Source: Sarea resinae (Eukaryota). From it: a stretch of DNA of 64,000 nt. The notes beneath the pieces are model-generated. The model was not told the DNA's origin and did not search any database. It saw nothing but the letters and a program-made list of their open reading frames with translations. Made by a program: the position numbers and the translations under genes. Every line of letters starts with the position of its first letter. Within the stretch, counting starts at the first letter, position 1. Below, in pieces: positions 1 through 12,255 of this stretch. Location of the stretch: positions 62,001 through 126,000 of the forward strand of contig JAPEUD010000033.1 of the NCBI GenBank assembly GCA_026026165.1. The letters are read 5' to 3'.

Positions 1-2650
1 CAGGTTTCAAAAATTAAAAAGGTTTAGTAGTATTAAGAGGTTTTAAACACCTATAGAAGGTTTTAAACACACTGTTACAGTGTTGAGACTGTCTTACAAC
101 CGTGTTAGAAATATGCCTAGGGGCACTTAAGTAACTATCCCTTGACTTTCTTATAAAGCATATGTTATTGTTAGTTTATTGCTTACAGATCACTTATATA
201 ATTACCTTAGTTATCACTAGAAGTTTCTAGTAAGTTAGTTAAGTCTATATATTAACTGCCTTACACCTCTATAGCTAGAATCTCTAAGTTTATAATATAT
301 AGTCATTCTATACTATACTTTTTTAGCACCTTTCTCTACTTATATTTTTATACTACCTTCTAACAGCTTCTATAGAAGTATCTCTAGAAACTGCTATTCT
401 TTACACTAATAAGCGGATTAATAAAGAGGCTAGCAAGGTTCTCTACTAGAGGAATAGGTATAAAATATTAGTATATCTATAAAGGTAGAGTCACTTCTAA
501 GCTACTTAGGTATATACCTTTATCTGCTATATAGGTTTGTTCTTTACTATTATATAATATCTATACACTTTAGCTAAACTTAAGACTAGGCTATAATTAT
601 TAATACCTATAGCCTTACCTCTATCTTTAGTAAGCTAGATAAAGACCTATATAAATATTACTAAGATCTAAAAAAAGCAATTAAAAAAGCTGTACAAAGT
701 CTAATAGTCTATAATAATCAATATAGCGTTGTAATCTAGCCTAATAAGAGACTCTTTTAAGAGAAGCTTAAAGACTATAACACTCTTATCTTATTAGAGC
801 CTCTTATAATCCTTTATATTTAAAAGGTAATAATTAATAGATACTTAAGTGCCTTTAATAGAGTTTCTATAACTAGTTTAAGACTGTATTATAATAGTAT
901 TAATAGTTCTAAGACTTTAAACCTTCTCTAAGTGTTAAGACTATATTAAACTTTTTTAGGTGTTAAACTTTTTCTAGGTTTTAAACCTCTACTACTATAA
1001 GTAGGTTTAACACCTATACTATTACAATATAGTCCTAACACTTAGAGAAGGTATTACACACCTATACAATGTCTTAACACCTATAGAAAGTCTTACTACC
1101 TATAGAAAGTGTTAGAACCTTTAATAATTAGTAAGGTTCTGCAACTACTAGTAGACTAGTAGGTAAAAGTCAAAAGAAATATAAGACATTCAAAGATTTT
1201 TGCAAATATTAAAATTGTTAAATGTCTCACTAAAAATAGGTGTAGCTATTTTTTTTATAAATTTGAAAATCTCTATATTAAAAAAATATTATAGTTTCTA
1301 TAGGCTATATAGCACTGTAGGGCTATATTTTCTAACAAGTCACATAGCCTAGTTAGTGTAACATTAATAAGTTGATTATATAATGCTCCTAGGATCAATT
1401 CTTACTGTACTTAATTTACTTTTTTTTCGCCTAAATTTTCTATAGGTGTTAAAAAGTCAAGCGGTTTTAAGCAGTGTCAACACCTAGGAGGTGTTAGTAA
1501 CTGTGTTAAAGATCAACACTATTGTAGTACTGTACCACAATTTGTATAGGTGTCAACACCTATAGTAGTAATAACATAGTTTTAACACTGTTTAAACACA
1601 GTTTTAAAATTACCTGATATAGTACTAAGGTAATAAGAAATTCTTTAATTAATTCTAGTAAGATATAAGGTGTACTTTTAAGTACTATAAGAGAGTAAGA
1701 GACTATAAGTAATAAAGTTATAAGTAATAAAGTTAGTTTATATACTTTCTAGATTCTAGGTAGGTACCTAGGTATATAGAGAATGACTTATTAAGATAAT
1801 AGGACTATATAATATATAATTTAATAAAAGATTGCAAATATTTTTATAGAAGTTAAAAGAAGAGAGAGAGAGAGTATATAATTCTAATAGTACTTTCTCT
1901 AGCCTATATTAAGCTAGAGAACCTCTTGCTATATACCTATATAAGAAACTTAATACCTTATTATAAGGGCTACTATTAATAGAGGTGCTATATATAGCTT
2001 AGTGTAGTGTAGAGTAACTACCTAGTGTAGTCTAGCAATATTTAAGTAAGCTAAGTAAAGTTATTAGTTATATAGATTACTAGAGGTGCTAGCTATTAAG
2101 GCTAGTGTTTAGTGTAATTATAAAGTTAGTACCTACTAGTAATATTAATAGTATTAGTTCTATATAGCTAGAGTAATACTAGTATGCTATAGTATACTAG
2201 CCTATTTAATTGTGCTATTTCTACTTACTCTACTATAGCTAGAAGTCTAAGAGGTAGTCTAACACTTATAAAAAGAGTAAATTAAGCCTTTAAAGAAGTT
2301 AAAGAGTGTTTAAGCTATATTAGTTCTAAGAAAAAGTTCTACTCTACTATCTCTAAAGCCTACTATAGATATAATAAAGAGTTAGAGGCTAGTATAAAAG
2401 CTAGACTTATAGTTTATAGGCGAAATTAGAAGGACTAGCAAGTTTAAAGATACTATTATTTGTTTAAGCACTATATAGTAGTAATTCTATAAGGTTTTAT
2501 AGTCTCTAAAGAGAGAGTTACCTAATATTCTCTATAAGATATAATAGTTTAAGGCAGAATGTTCACTTAATAAAATGCTTTTAAAGTGTTTAGTTTTTAG
2601 GTATTAAGGCTAAATGATTAGTAAGAAAGAAGCAAAATATATGCCTAAGG
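1..2650. mobile_element. AT-rich, RIP-degenerated repeat/transposon relic (family not identifiable)
   Basis: No ORF in the supplied track. TpA is very abundant and CpA/TpG/CpG are scarce (TAG/CTA/TAA/TATA throughout). Composition shifts to roughly balanced GC around 2650-2900. This matches the C-to-T signature of fungal repeat-induced point mutation. The left end lies outside the window. Confidence 0.8.
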
Positions 2651-3053
2651 ACTAGAATGCAGAAGTGTAGAGAACAGACACTGACTTTGCTCTAGACAAG
2701 CAATCACTCCCCTCAGATGATGGATTTCAGACCGAAGTGAGAAAGAGTTAGAAAAACAAACGCTATATCAAAGGTTTCTCCTATGCAACATCAAGCGTTA
2801 CGTCACCCTTGCTTCTTTGTTTTGTTTAATATGTTCTACGTTATTCAAGTGGTGGACCGCAGCTTCTATAGAGAGCCAAGATGCTCTTGACTTTAGCCGG
2901 AAATCCGCGAGGATGGCTGAAGAGGATACAAAGCAAAAATCAAGTCTAGAATATCAAGTCTTGTATATATAATTTTTCGAAAAAGGGCCTTGACACCCCC
3001 TCAATATAAATACATCTACTCTATAATCTCCTTTTGCCAAGATTTTGGAAGAC

Positions 3054-4875
3054 CTACGGTCCATTCCCATATGCCCCCGTTTGTGTAGTGAAATCGCTGA
3101 CCTGACTCAGACTATCGATGCGGCCAAGCAGATACTCGAGCTGGCGATAACTGGCACTCGGCGCATACTGCGGGATCATGTGGCCACTGAGCCTGGTCTC
3201 GACGAACGTGAGACCCCTTTCCGTGCGCGTGGTCCCGAACACACCCGCACCTGCTAAGGTACCGTCAGAGGTGCCCTCGGCGTAAGGAACGTAGAAGACA
3301 TCTTCGGGCGGCGCTGAGAACCCCTGTGCACCATTCCACGTCATGTTCTGGATCATGAGTAGCGTGCCGTTCGCGATGAGGATGTAGTCTAGCAGGCCGT
3401 GACCGATGATGGTGCGCTGGGTGCGTTCGATGACTGATGGCAAGACGGAGAGACCCGAGGGAGGCGAGTTGTCGGTGCCATTTACAAAGACATTTCCGTT
3501 GCTGCATTCGAGCCAATTAGTCGGTGGGGCGTGTATAGCGGTTTGCACGTCGCTACGATTGAAGTAGATTGAGGCGCCGGCCGGGACGTAGTCAAAAGAC
3601 CCAGGAAAGCCAAGGTTGTCCCAGAGGACAGGGCAAGTTTGCGCGATGTTGTACATGTTGAAGCCTGGGTTGTGTGTGTTAGTGCGTGTGGTATGGGTGA
3701 CGGTGATGATGAGCTGATGGGCAACAGTAAGAGCTTACAAGGCTGGATGGCGGTGACGGCGGCAAAGATATCATCCCAGAGGTCACAACCAGGGGCTGAG
3801 GCGTCTGGTGGGTCGGGCAATGGGCCTTTGGGTGGGAAGATGAGGTGCTCGTTCATGAAGTCAGTGTAACCACATTTGTCGGCGCGGTTATGGATGTCGG
3901 CTAAGAAAGTGTCGTTGAGCGCGAAGAGGCCGGTCCAATAGTCCACAAAAGGAACCACCGGGACTGGGTTTGTCAGTAAGAACCAAAGATGGCACTCAGG
4001 TAGACCGAAAAGTAGACGAAAACACATACTCTGCTCTTGAACCGCGTCTGTGCTGGTACTCGGATCATAGATCATGATAGACTGGATATCAAAGTACTCC
4101 GTGTCGTTGGTATTGAACATTGCGTCGGCGATATATGGAACGTAATACCCTGCATATGATTCGCCTGCAATATAGACTTGACAATTGTGCATGCCGAAGA
4201 CATCGACAAAATTTTTGAAAAATCCTAGAAATTGCTCTGCGACATCTTCCTCTGATGTCGCCGTAGGTGTCCCTTGCGAAAAACCCGTCCCAACTGGTTG
4301 CTCAACCCAGATGACATTCGTCAAATTGGTCCAGCTCCATGGGTTCTGGACTGGTAGGAACGTTCCTGGCTGCCACAGGAACGGGCCATTCTCTTGCAGC
4401 AGACCTTCCAGAGAGCTGCATCCAGGACCGCCGTTGAGCCAGATGGTGATCTCCTCGGAGGATTGAGGGTTGTCCGAAGGGAAGAACCAGAAGAATAGCT
4501 CACGAGTTTCGTTGGCATCTTTGGAGATGGGGAGAAGTCCGGAGTAGGACTCACCCACATCAAAATTTACGTCGGGAATGCCGGTGCCATTGACAGCGAA
4601 TTCTGAGAGCACGAGCTCTTGTCAGTCTCGTTTTACCATAAGGGTACGGACTGCGGAGCCTCGGAACAGGACAACTCACTGGTGGTATTAGCATTCAAGT
4701 ATTGGTGAGATCTCTTGTACACTGGATAGGAAGGTTCGGCCGCCTGCATGCGTGCATTGTGCCTCGGCTTGACCGCCGGTCTGGGGAGATCTTTCTTTCC
4801 CACATGCTGCGGACTTCTGACTGCGGCCACAAGACCGGCCAGACCAAGCACGATCGAACAGGTAGAGAAATGCAT
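3054..4875 (-). CDS. Secreted serine carboxypeptidase, family S10 (CpdS/PepF-like), about 4 exons
   Basis: Signal-peptide-like MHFSTCSIVLGLAGLVAA; WLNGGPGCSS; VEQPVGTGFS; catalytic-Ser motif GESYAG; catalytic-His motif GHMIPQY. Introns near 4605-4679, 3964-4029 and 3665-3737. Confidence 0.93.
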
Positions 4876-6098
4876 CTCAAGCAAGAGAGCGGGAAGTGAG
4901 GTGGCACAAAGCAAACACTACCTAGAGCGAGAACGACAGCAGAACCGAAACGACTGTAAGCTCGAGACGTGTCGATCAGGGCCTCTGGAAGGATCTTGCA
5001 AGGAGGGGAAGATTGGTATTAAAAGCGTATATACATGTCATGACACCGGCCCCGATCTGTATACTCAGTACTAAGTATCACAGGGCTCGGCGTCATTTAG
5101 CCATGGGAAAAGGAAAGGGCGGACTACCATTATGGAGGCCTGGCTATGGCCGCTAGGAGTGGATGAGGTAGAAAGGATTCCAGAAGATAGGTGAATGCAT
5201 CATGGGCAGCCCGAGGACCAATCTGCACGAGTGCAAAGGACCGAGACGGCACAGCCGGGTGGAGATCCATGAAGTAGTCCCGCAGTCGTGCCTTGTGAAT
5301 CGCATTGTCATTGTACTCGTAGATGCACACTACTTTAGAGCTGGAGTACCAGACAGATCCGATGCGTCTGCGCCAGCTGTCCGGCGAAAGAGAGGACGAG
5401 GGAGAGATGGAGATTCGCGGCGAGCAAGATATTCCGACAACGCCCCCCTCGCTATCTCGTTGAACCCCCGATATGTCCCTGCCCCCAATTTACTGACTAC
5501 TGTACGGGCGACGCCACATTCCCGTCAGATACGACGTGCCTAGCGCAGTACGGCAGTCCGACGGGAGTACTATGAGTAAGGTATGTACGGAGTACTTCGT
5601 ACGGAGTAGTACTCGTATTCCTTGGTGCCAGTCTCCGCAGATTACTTTTCCCAATCACGGTCTGACCTCCTTCCCACAACGGTCAAGGGCCGGTCCATCC
5701 CCATCTGCATCGAACCCCGGACTTGCACCCGAGCCTACCGCCGTGCGATAAGAGCAGGCAGACCAACGCGCTTTCTTAGTGTGAAGTACTGCGTATGGTA
5801 CCTAGAAAGACATAGACGGTCCAATGTATGAAGCTACCTTGGCCGTGATACCACCGAACTGAATATATGACGGCATTGCACAATCATCATATCATGACCT
5901 CAGGCCCGTACGAATTGAGACATCGGAACATCACCCAAAATCAGATAGAACGACATCAGAATTGTTTTTTTCTACTGTTCTATGTATGGAATGTCGTTCG
6001 AACTTCTATAGACACGAACGGAAGAGGTTTGATGCCCGGTTGTGCACGCGTCACAGCATTCATCCAGCCATGATAAACAAAATCCTATCCGGCATCCC

Positions 6099-8028
6099 CT
6101 AACCAATGGAGAGCGCAAGCTGGATGAGTTTGTCAAGCTGCGGTGTGCCGTAGCCCGTGACTGGATCCCATCCCACCGTCGCGTTCCATCCGGCCCACGG
6201 CACGTAGGGGGTAGGCAAGCCACTATACTGGTCAATACCTGAGCAACCTGTCGAGCCGCCGTTGACTATATCAGTAAGACCGAGGTGTCCGAATTCGTAG
6301 ATCCACGGATTGAGAAATCCGAGAGGCCTCTTTCCAGCTGAGATACGAGCACCATTCACGAGGGAGATGACAGATGCAAAAGTCGGCGCAGCAGCGCTGT
6401 GAGAAACTTGTTAGCATCATCGTAGGAGTAATCGCAGACGAAAATTTACCTGGTACCGCCAACACGGATCTCTTGACCTTGGTCGATGACGTGGAAGCTC
6501 TCTGCCTGCGCAGCGACATCAGGGAAGCCTCTGCCATTGGGGTTGTATAGACCCTTCCATCGATTACCAAGAATGCCGAGATATTTCTTGACTGCCGCAT
6601 CCTGGTAGTGGGGTCGTGGAAATCGATCCGAGAATCCTCCCGATGAGAATGATATAGCCTGCTCGGGGGCAACACGCCAAGTGCCACCCACGGACGTGAC
6701 CCAAGGGCAAGCAGCGGGGAAGATGGGCAAGAAGCGAGTGGTATTCTTGCCGTCATTCGTTTGGCATGCACTTCCACAACCCGTGTCACCACTAGAAAAT
6801 AGAACAGACACACCGCGCGATCCAAGCTCTGCAAACATAGAGCACACTCTGCGGGTGTATGGTTCAGGAACGCTCTGCTCATCCTCGCCATACGACGTGG
6901 TAAGCGTCTGCGGCAGGTCACTCTCGTCTAGACCAAGGATGTAATTCAAGAAGTCCAAGTAGGGCTCGTTATCATCATCGGACGGAAGAGGCTGATCAAG
7001 ATCTGGTACTAGCTCGCCTAGGCCTCCCGTGCTGTAGTAAGTTGCTGGTACGGGATAAGTAAGAGATAGAGCATATTGAGCATCGAGGTTGGCTTCAACA
7101 TCGTCATCAATTGTGTCGGTCTGGTTATTGAGACCACCTGCAGAGCAATCAGTAAGAGCAAAAAAGTGTCATCATAAAGGAGATGAGTTGCACTATACTA
7201 CATACCATTGACACTCTGGAAGGTATAATTATGTCCCGCAGCGTATGGTGCATACTCCTCCAAGAATTTCTCCAGATCACCATACTTAGCATACTCCTTG
7301 AGGTATCCACATATGCCCAATTTGTTGCCATTGGTCGCATCCGGGGTGTAGTTGTTGAACTTGTATAGCTCTTTCAAGCAGGTTGGCGTAATTGAGGTAT
7401 TGCAGGATGCCGACACATTGAGACCGCTTCCGGCAGGTCCAATGATTTGCTTGTCGAGGACCCAGCTGCGGTGAGCCTTCGGTTGACCAAAACGCGTGGT
7501 TGGCTGGATCATATCGATATGCTGTTGTATCACTTGTGGAACTGAGTATTGCAGTGTGCGGATCCTCTCAATATCTTCCACTGTATTGTGGTATCGCAAA
7601 AAGGTTGTGTTTAATAATCGTTCGGCACGGTTGACAGTCGCATAGAAGTTGATCCATTCGCCATCATCCTGAACGTCACGGCTTGGAACGCCACCAACCT
7701 CGAGCCAGTTGAGGATCGTGGAAGTAGCTACGCTGGTAGGACGCAGTCGTGCCTTTAGCTCATCACGGGTCAAGTGTCGCCCATATTTCTTGTGCCCGGG
7801 AGTCGAGATATCGAGCACAGTCTGTTCGAAGTGTTCAATGTTAGGCCGCGTGACAGCAATTCTCAGACGGAGGCGTGTCAATGGATCCGGAACCCCAACG
7901 AGCTCCCATCCTTGAGGCAGCGAAGAAAGTTGCTCAAAAACAACAGATCCCGGAGCGGGAGCGGCATGGAGTCCGACAATGGCACCAATGGCGCACCACC
8001 ACCCAAGAGCTGATCGAAGTGACACCAT
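6099..8028 (-). CDS. Secreted tripeptidyl peptidase / sedolisin, family S53, 3 exons
   Basis: Signal peptide [22 protein letters not shown]; pro-domain ([22 protein letters not shown]); [29 protein letters not shown] split by an intron; C-terminal [11 protein letters not shown] calcium-site motif. Confidence 0.93.
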
Positions 8029-10110
8029 TTTGACTGAAGTTGGAGTTGTCAGCTTACACCAGTCAGGGAGATGTGATGAGGTGAGGTGAGATGAGATGAT
8101 AGAAGGTGAGGAAGCCTGCAATCGACGGGGTATTATTCCCCACGCGGTCACAGAGGTGAATATGCTCCACGTTAGGTCACTGCGTCAGAATGTCGCTCTC
8201 CAGACGGGCGTGGGAGGGTCCAGCTTGACGTCGAGCCGAACCGCCCGGGGTGGGCAGATGGCATTGATATAGCATTCACCATTGCGGAAGCTCCTTAGCA
8301 ATATGCTTTTCTCCCAAGGATTCCAGAGCTGCAGCCCGATCGAGAAGATCTTCAGTAGTCGGGGGGCAAGTCCAGCAAACACACGTACGCGGAAAGTGCT
8401 CAGACAGGTACGAGTAGAGTAAACAATAGGAGCTAGAGCGAGCTGCTAAATTGGACGGTAGATTGCAAATCCTGACCTTACATCCTACCTTAACAGCCTG
8501 CCCAAAGCAGGTAGAAATTATCATTCTAGGGGCCCCCGCGTACGCTACTCCGGAGTAGATTATCCCGCTCGACCATCCAGTGATCGAGCATTCAACCAAA
8601 ATACGAAGTACAGTACAGTACCACACGCAGGGACCCTGCAATTACCCCTGGCCTGCTGTCAATCACGAATCCCTGTGCGCGGAGTACAATGTACGGAGAA
8701 CGCACAGTCAAACACGCACGATAATCCGACCGCGAAGAAGAAACACGCGGGCGGACCAAATGATTGTGACGATCAAGGGCAGAGGACGACATGTGTCAGA
8801 TCATGCATGTTGAAATGAGCAAGTGAGGAGATCATACAGGTTGAGAGTTTGATATACGAAGTACTTACTTCCGGAGGAGTAAGGGTAAGTGGACAAGCAA
8901 GGAAATGATGCTGAGGTTAATGTTACCGTACTTGGCGTTATCGGATTGCCGTATCACGGCACGGATGTAGGTACCTTAGGTACCTTGGCGTATAAACTTG
9001 AGTACCTAGCAGTACCGGAGTACTTCGTACCTTACGACTATCTTACTACTCTACTACGTACTTTAGCATACGATCCACGGATCCATGGATGTTTCCATGC
9101 ACCTTCTGCTCAGGAATACAGTACTATCATGGATGTAAGATGGCCGAGGAGAGGAGAAGGAGGAGGAGCCCTGGCGCCGCCACCCGCTATCAGCAGATAA
9201 GCATCCCGGATCAGGTACCATACATACCTTACCTAGTACAGATGCCGTATCGCCTCTCCCCGCCGATGCCACGATGTGGAGTGAGCGGATCCTCCCTTAG
9301 CGGTGCTACTATTTTGAAGGCACAAGCCACACAGAAGGGCCGACACCAATTGAATTCATCCAATTGGTCCGAAGGCTGCTAAACAAGATCTAGAAGGCCG
9401 AAGACCGTGAAGGGACAATACCCAAATCTCATCCGCCTATTTGCTTTCTGTCCTCCGCCTTTGACCCTGCATCGAGAGAAGGCGGATTCACAGCAAGCCA
9501 GGTGAGGTAGGCGAATACCCTCAAAATGTCACGCTTGTAAAATCGGGTACGAAATATACGCCTCGCATCACAATGCATCATGATCTCGTCGTCTTTGCCT
9601 GAATTGTTTTGCAATTTTGGAGTGATCAATGGCGATAAAAAGGAAATGGTCGATTTCAAACGTTTCCTTTCCACTTTCTCAAGTCGGTGTTGAAATTGAC
9701 TGATAAGGTATTTCGGATCGCCATTTCGATGAGTGAACAAGCACCAGAATCTACACGTCACTGCTCGCGCGGCGTTGGCCAGACGAAATATCGAGGCTTC
9801 GTTCTGCTTCCACAGTGGTGCTCGCATGATGCTCTATCTTGCGTACCCGCCTGGCCCAATGTGCTGCAAGAGGCACGTGTAGGGCAGGAGCTGGATATTC
9901 CGGAAAGAACGGGATAGCCGGCCTTGTTGTGTTGAATTGATGTGTTGAAGCGGCGGACTAAATTCCATGATTGTGGCTCGCGGGAGTCGATGGCTTATGA
10001 TATACCTGGGTCTAGTATGTAAAACTATATGCAATTCTAATTTGTCCAGACCGCTACTACGGCATCCCATCGTCTAGCTTTGTCCTGCGAGCCAGAAGTC
10101 GACTCTCCTT

Positions 10111-11475
10111 CTATTTGCCCTTACTCTGTTCTTCCAAGACAAGCGTTTCAACCTCTCGCTCGGCAAGCCAGCTTTGAACACTTTCCATGATTTTATCCAA
10201 GCTATCGCCTCCCTCCATCACATCATCCAAATGATGAAGCGTCATACCACTTCTGTGATCCGTCACCCGTTGCTGCCCCCAGTTATAAGTCCTCACCTTA
10301 TCACCTCGTCCCATCTTGGCGACTCCAACAATGCTCCGGCGCAGATTGACCATCTCCTCTTCTCGAGCCTCACGTCTTGCTTGCGCTAACTTCGAGCGTA
10401 GCAATCGCCACGCCTTCTCTTTGTTCTTGGGCTGCGAGCGCGAGTCCTGCATACTGACGACGGTATTCGTAGGTAAATGGGTAAGTCGGACAGCAGAGTC
10501 GGTAGTGTTGACATGCTGGCCTCCCGCACCTCTGGCGCGCATGATGTCGGTTCGCACTTCTTTAGGATCGATATAGTAATCACTTGAGGGATCATCGAAG
10601 CTCTCCTCGCCCATGCCTTCTGAGTCTCCACTGATGGGTATTGATGGAAGCACCAGCACTGAAGCTGCACTGGTGTGGGTACGACCTTTGCTTTCCGTAG
10701 CCGGCACTCTCTGCACTCTGTGGACTCCAGCCTCCGTTCTCAACAGTCCATACGCATTCTCCGCTTCAACCTCAAGGATTGCCTCTTGGACTGGTCCACC
10801 ACCACTACTATCCGACGTGCCCTCGGCATCTTCGTACTTGAGAAGACTTGCGCGAAGACCTCGTCTTGAGCAAAAGTTCTGGTACATATGGAGAAGATCT
10901 CCAGCAAAGAGTGCGGCCTCGCCCCCGCCAGCTCCTGGCCGAATCTCCAGCAGACAGGGCAAATGGGCAAAAGGATGGCGTGGAACAAGGGATGTAGTGA
11001 GAGTGTGAGAGGCGGTAGAAAGTTCGGTAGTTGTGGTGGCCAGGTCCTCGGCTGCAAGCTCTCGAAGCTCAGGATCTGTAGCTGGGTCCTTGATGAGGCC
11101 GTTCAATTCATCCAGAGACTTGTTCGCCTCTTCCCAATCTTTCAGAGCATTTGTTATCGACGTCAGTTCTCCAACTCTTCGTGCTGTGCGCGTATCGAAT
11201 CCTTCACCGAGCTGCTGTGAAAGCCTCGAATGTTCTGCAGCCATTGCCCGCGCGCGCGAGAGCAGAGCAAGTGGGATCGCATCGTTACCGGCAGCTGTTG
11301 AAGAGGTCAGCGTCCATCCAATGCCAGGAATGGAATTCCATTGAGCCGTAATACCTGAGCTTTGAAAGCGTACGGAATGCTTTCTTTGCAGCTGAGACGA
11401 GCGGAAGAGACATGTGCGGCAGACGAAAGGTCGGCTGAGCATGCTCGAGCTCAGGCGCACTGCAGTCATCGGCAT
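10111..11475 (-). CDS. MRF1: Mitochondrial peptide chain release factor 1
   Basis: EIRPGAGGGEA, GVHRVQRVPATESKGRTHTS (PxT RF1-type motif), GAGGQHVNTTDSAVR, KVRTYN. Arg/Ser-rich N-terminal presequence. Likely 60-nt intron at 11295-11354. Confidence 0.93.
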   Translation of the reverse strand: MPMTAVRLSSSMLSRPFVCRTCLFRSSQLQRKHSVRFQSSGITAQWNSIPGIGWTLTSSTAAGNDAIPLALLSRARAMAAEHSRLSQQLGEGFDTRTARRVGELTSITNALKDWEEANKSLDELNGLIKDPATDPELRELAAEDLATTTTELSTASHTLTTSLVPRHPFAHLPCLLEIRPGAGGGEAALFAGDLLHMYQNFCSRRGLRASLLKYEDAEGTSDSSGGGPVQEAILEVEAENAYGLLRTEAGVHRVQRVPATESKGRTHTSAASVLVLPSIPISGDSEGMGEESFDDPSSDYYIDPKEVRTDIMRARGAGGQHVNTTDSAVRLTHLPTNTVVSMQDSRSQPKNKEKAWRLLRSKLAQARREAREEEMVNLRRSIVGVAKMGRGDKVRTYNWGQQRVTDHRSGMTLHHLDDVMEGGDSLDKIMESVQSWLAEREVETLVLEEQSKGK

Positions 11476-12255
11476 TCAAAATTCAGGAGCATTGGAGGAG
11501 GCTCTGGCGATAGCCTCCCAAAAATGTCTGCTCGTTGCTGTTCAAAGTTGAGGATCGTTCGGACAGCCGAACTCCTCAGCAGCAAACACTGAAGCTCGGA
11601 CCTTCAAAACTTCAACTTGGTTCATCATGGATGCACAGATTGGGGATATCGGGGATCGGACATGGGTTTATCCGGAGACTGATAGTGACCTCACCAGAGT
11701 CAACTTGAACAGTGGAACAGAGCAGTCCTAAGCCTCCACTTTGAAGACGAAACTGGACTTCATCTCCTGTCAACCAATATATGGTTGTATCATCAACGTT
11801 AGAAGATAATATAGACAATTTGTCAAGAAGAACGCTGGAGGGTAAGGAGAATAGTTCGAGTGTTATTTGGACACAGTAGACCCATTGTGCTCAGTGCATT
11901 TACTCCGTACTCCATGAGATGCCGGCCAACCCACCCGATTCGATTACTCATTGGCAATGGCCGATGTCGACCCCACCGAGGGGCTCCAGCTCTCCGCCCA
12001 TCTCCCCCCAAAACAAGGGTCTACAAGTCTTATCTGAATTCCAACCTAGAAATTGCGTGGCTTTGTCATGTAATGCATATCTTCACGGTGTCCGACCTCA
12101 AACTTACATAAATCCTTGCCAAAACATGCTTTGGACTGGCTGTGTGTCCTGAAGGCTGCAGCATTAATACCTATATGCCTTTCGCTGTGACCTACCATCA
12201 ACATCAGATATAGTAGTCAATTGCACGTTATCCTGCGGCGCATCGGATCACAACG

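Noticed and set aside
1..2650. Telomere, centromere, CRISPR array or organellar insertion as explanation for the AT-rich block
   Set aside because: No TTAGGG arrays, no regular repeat-spacer periodicity and no organellar gene remnants were seen. The TpA bias fits RIP. A centromeric location cannot be judged from this window.
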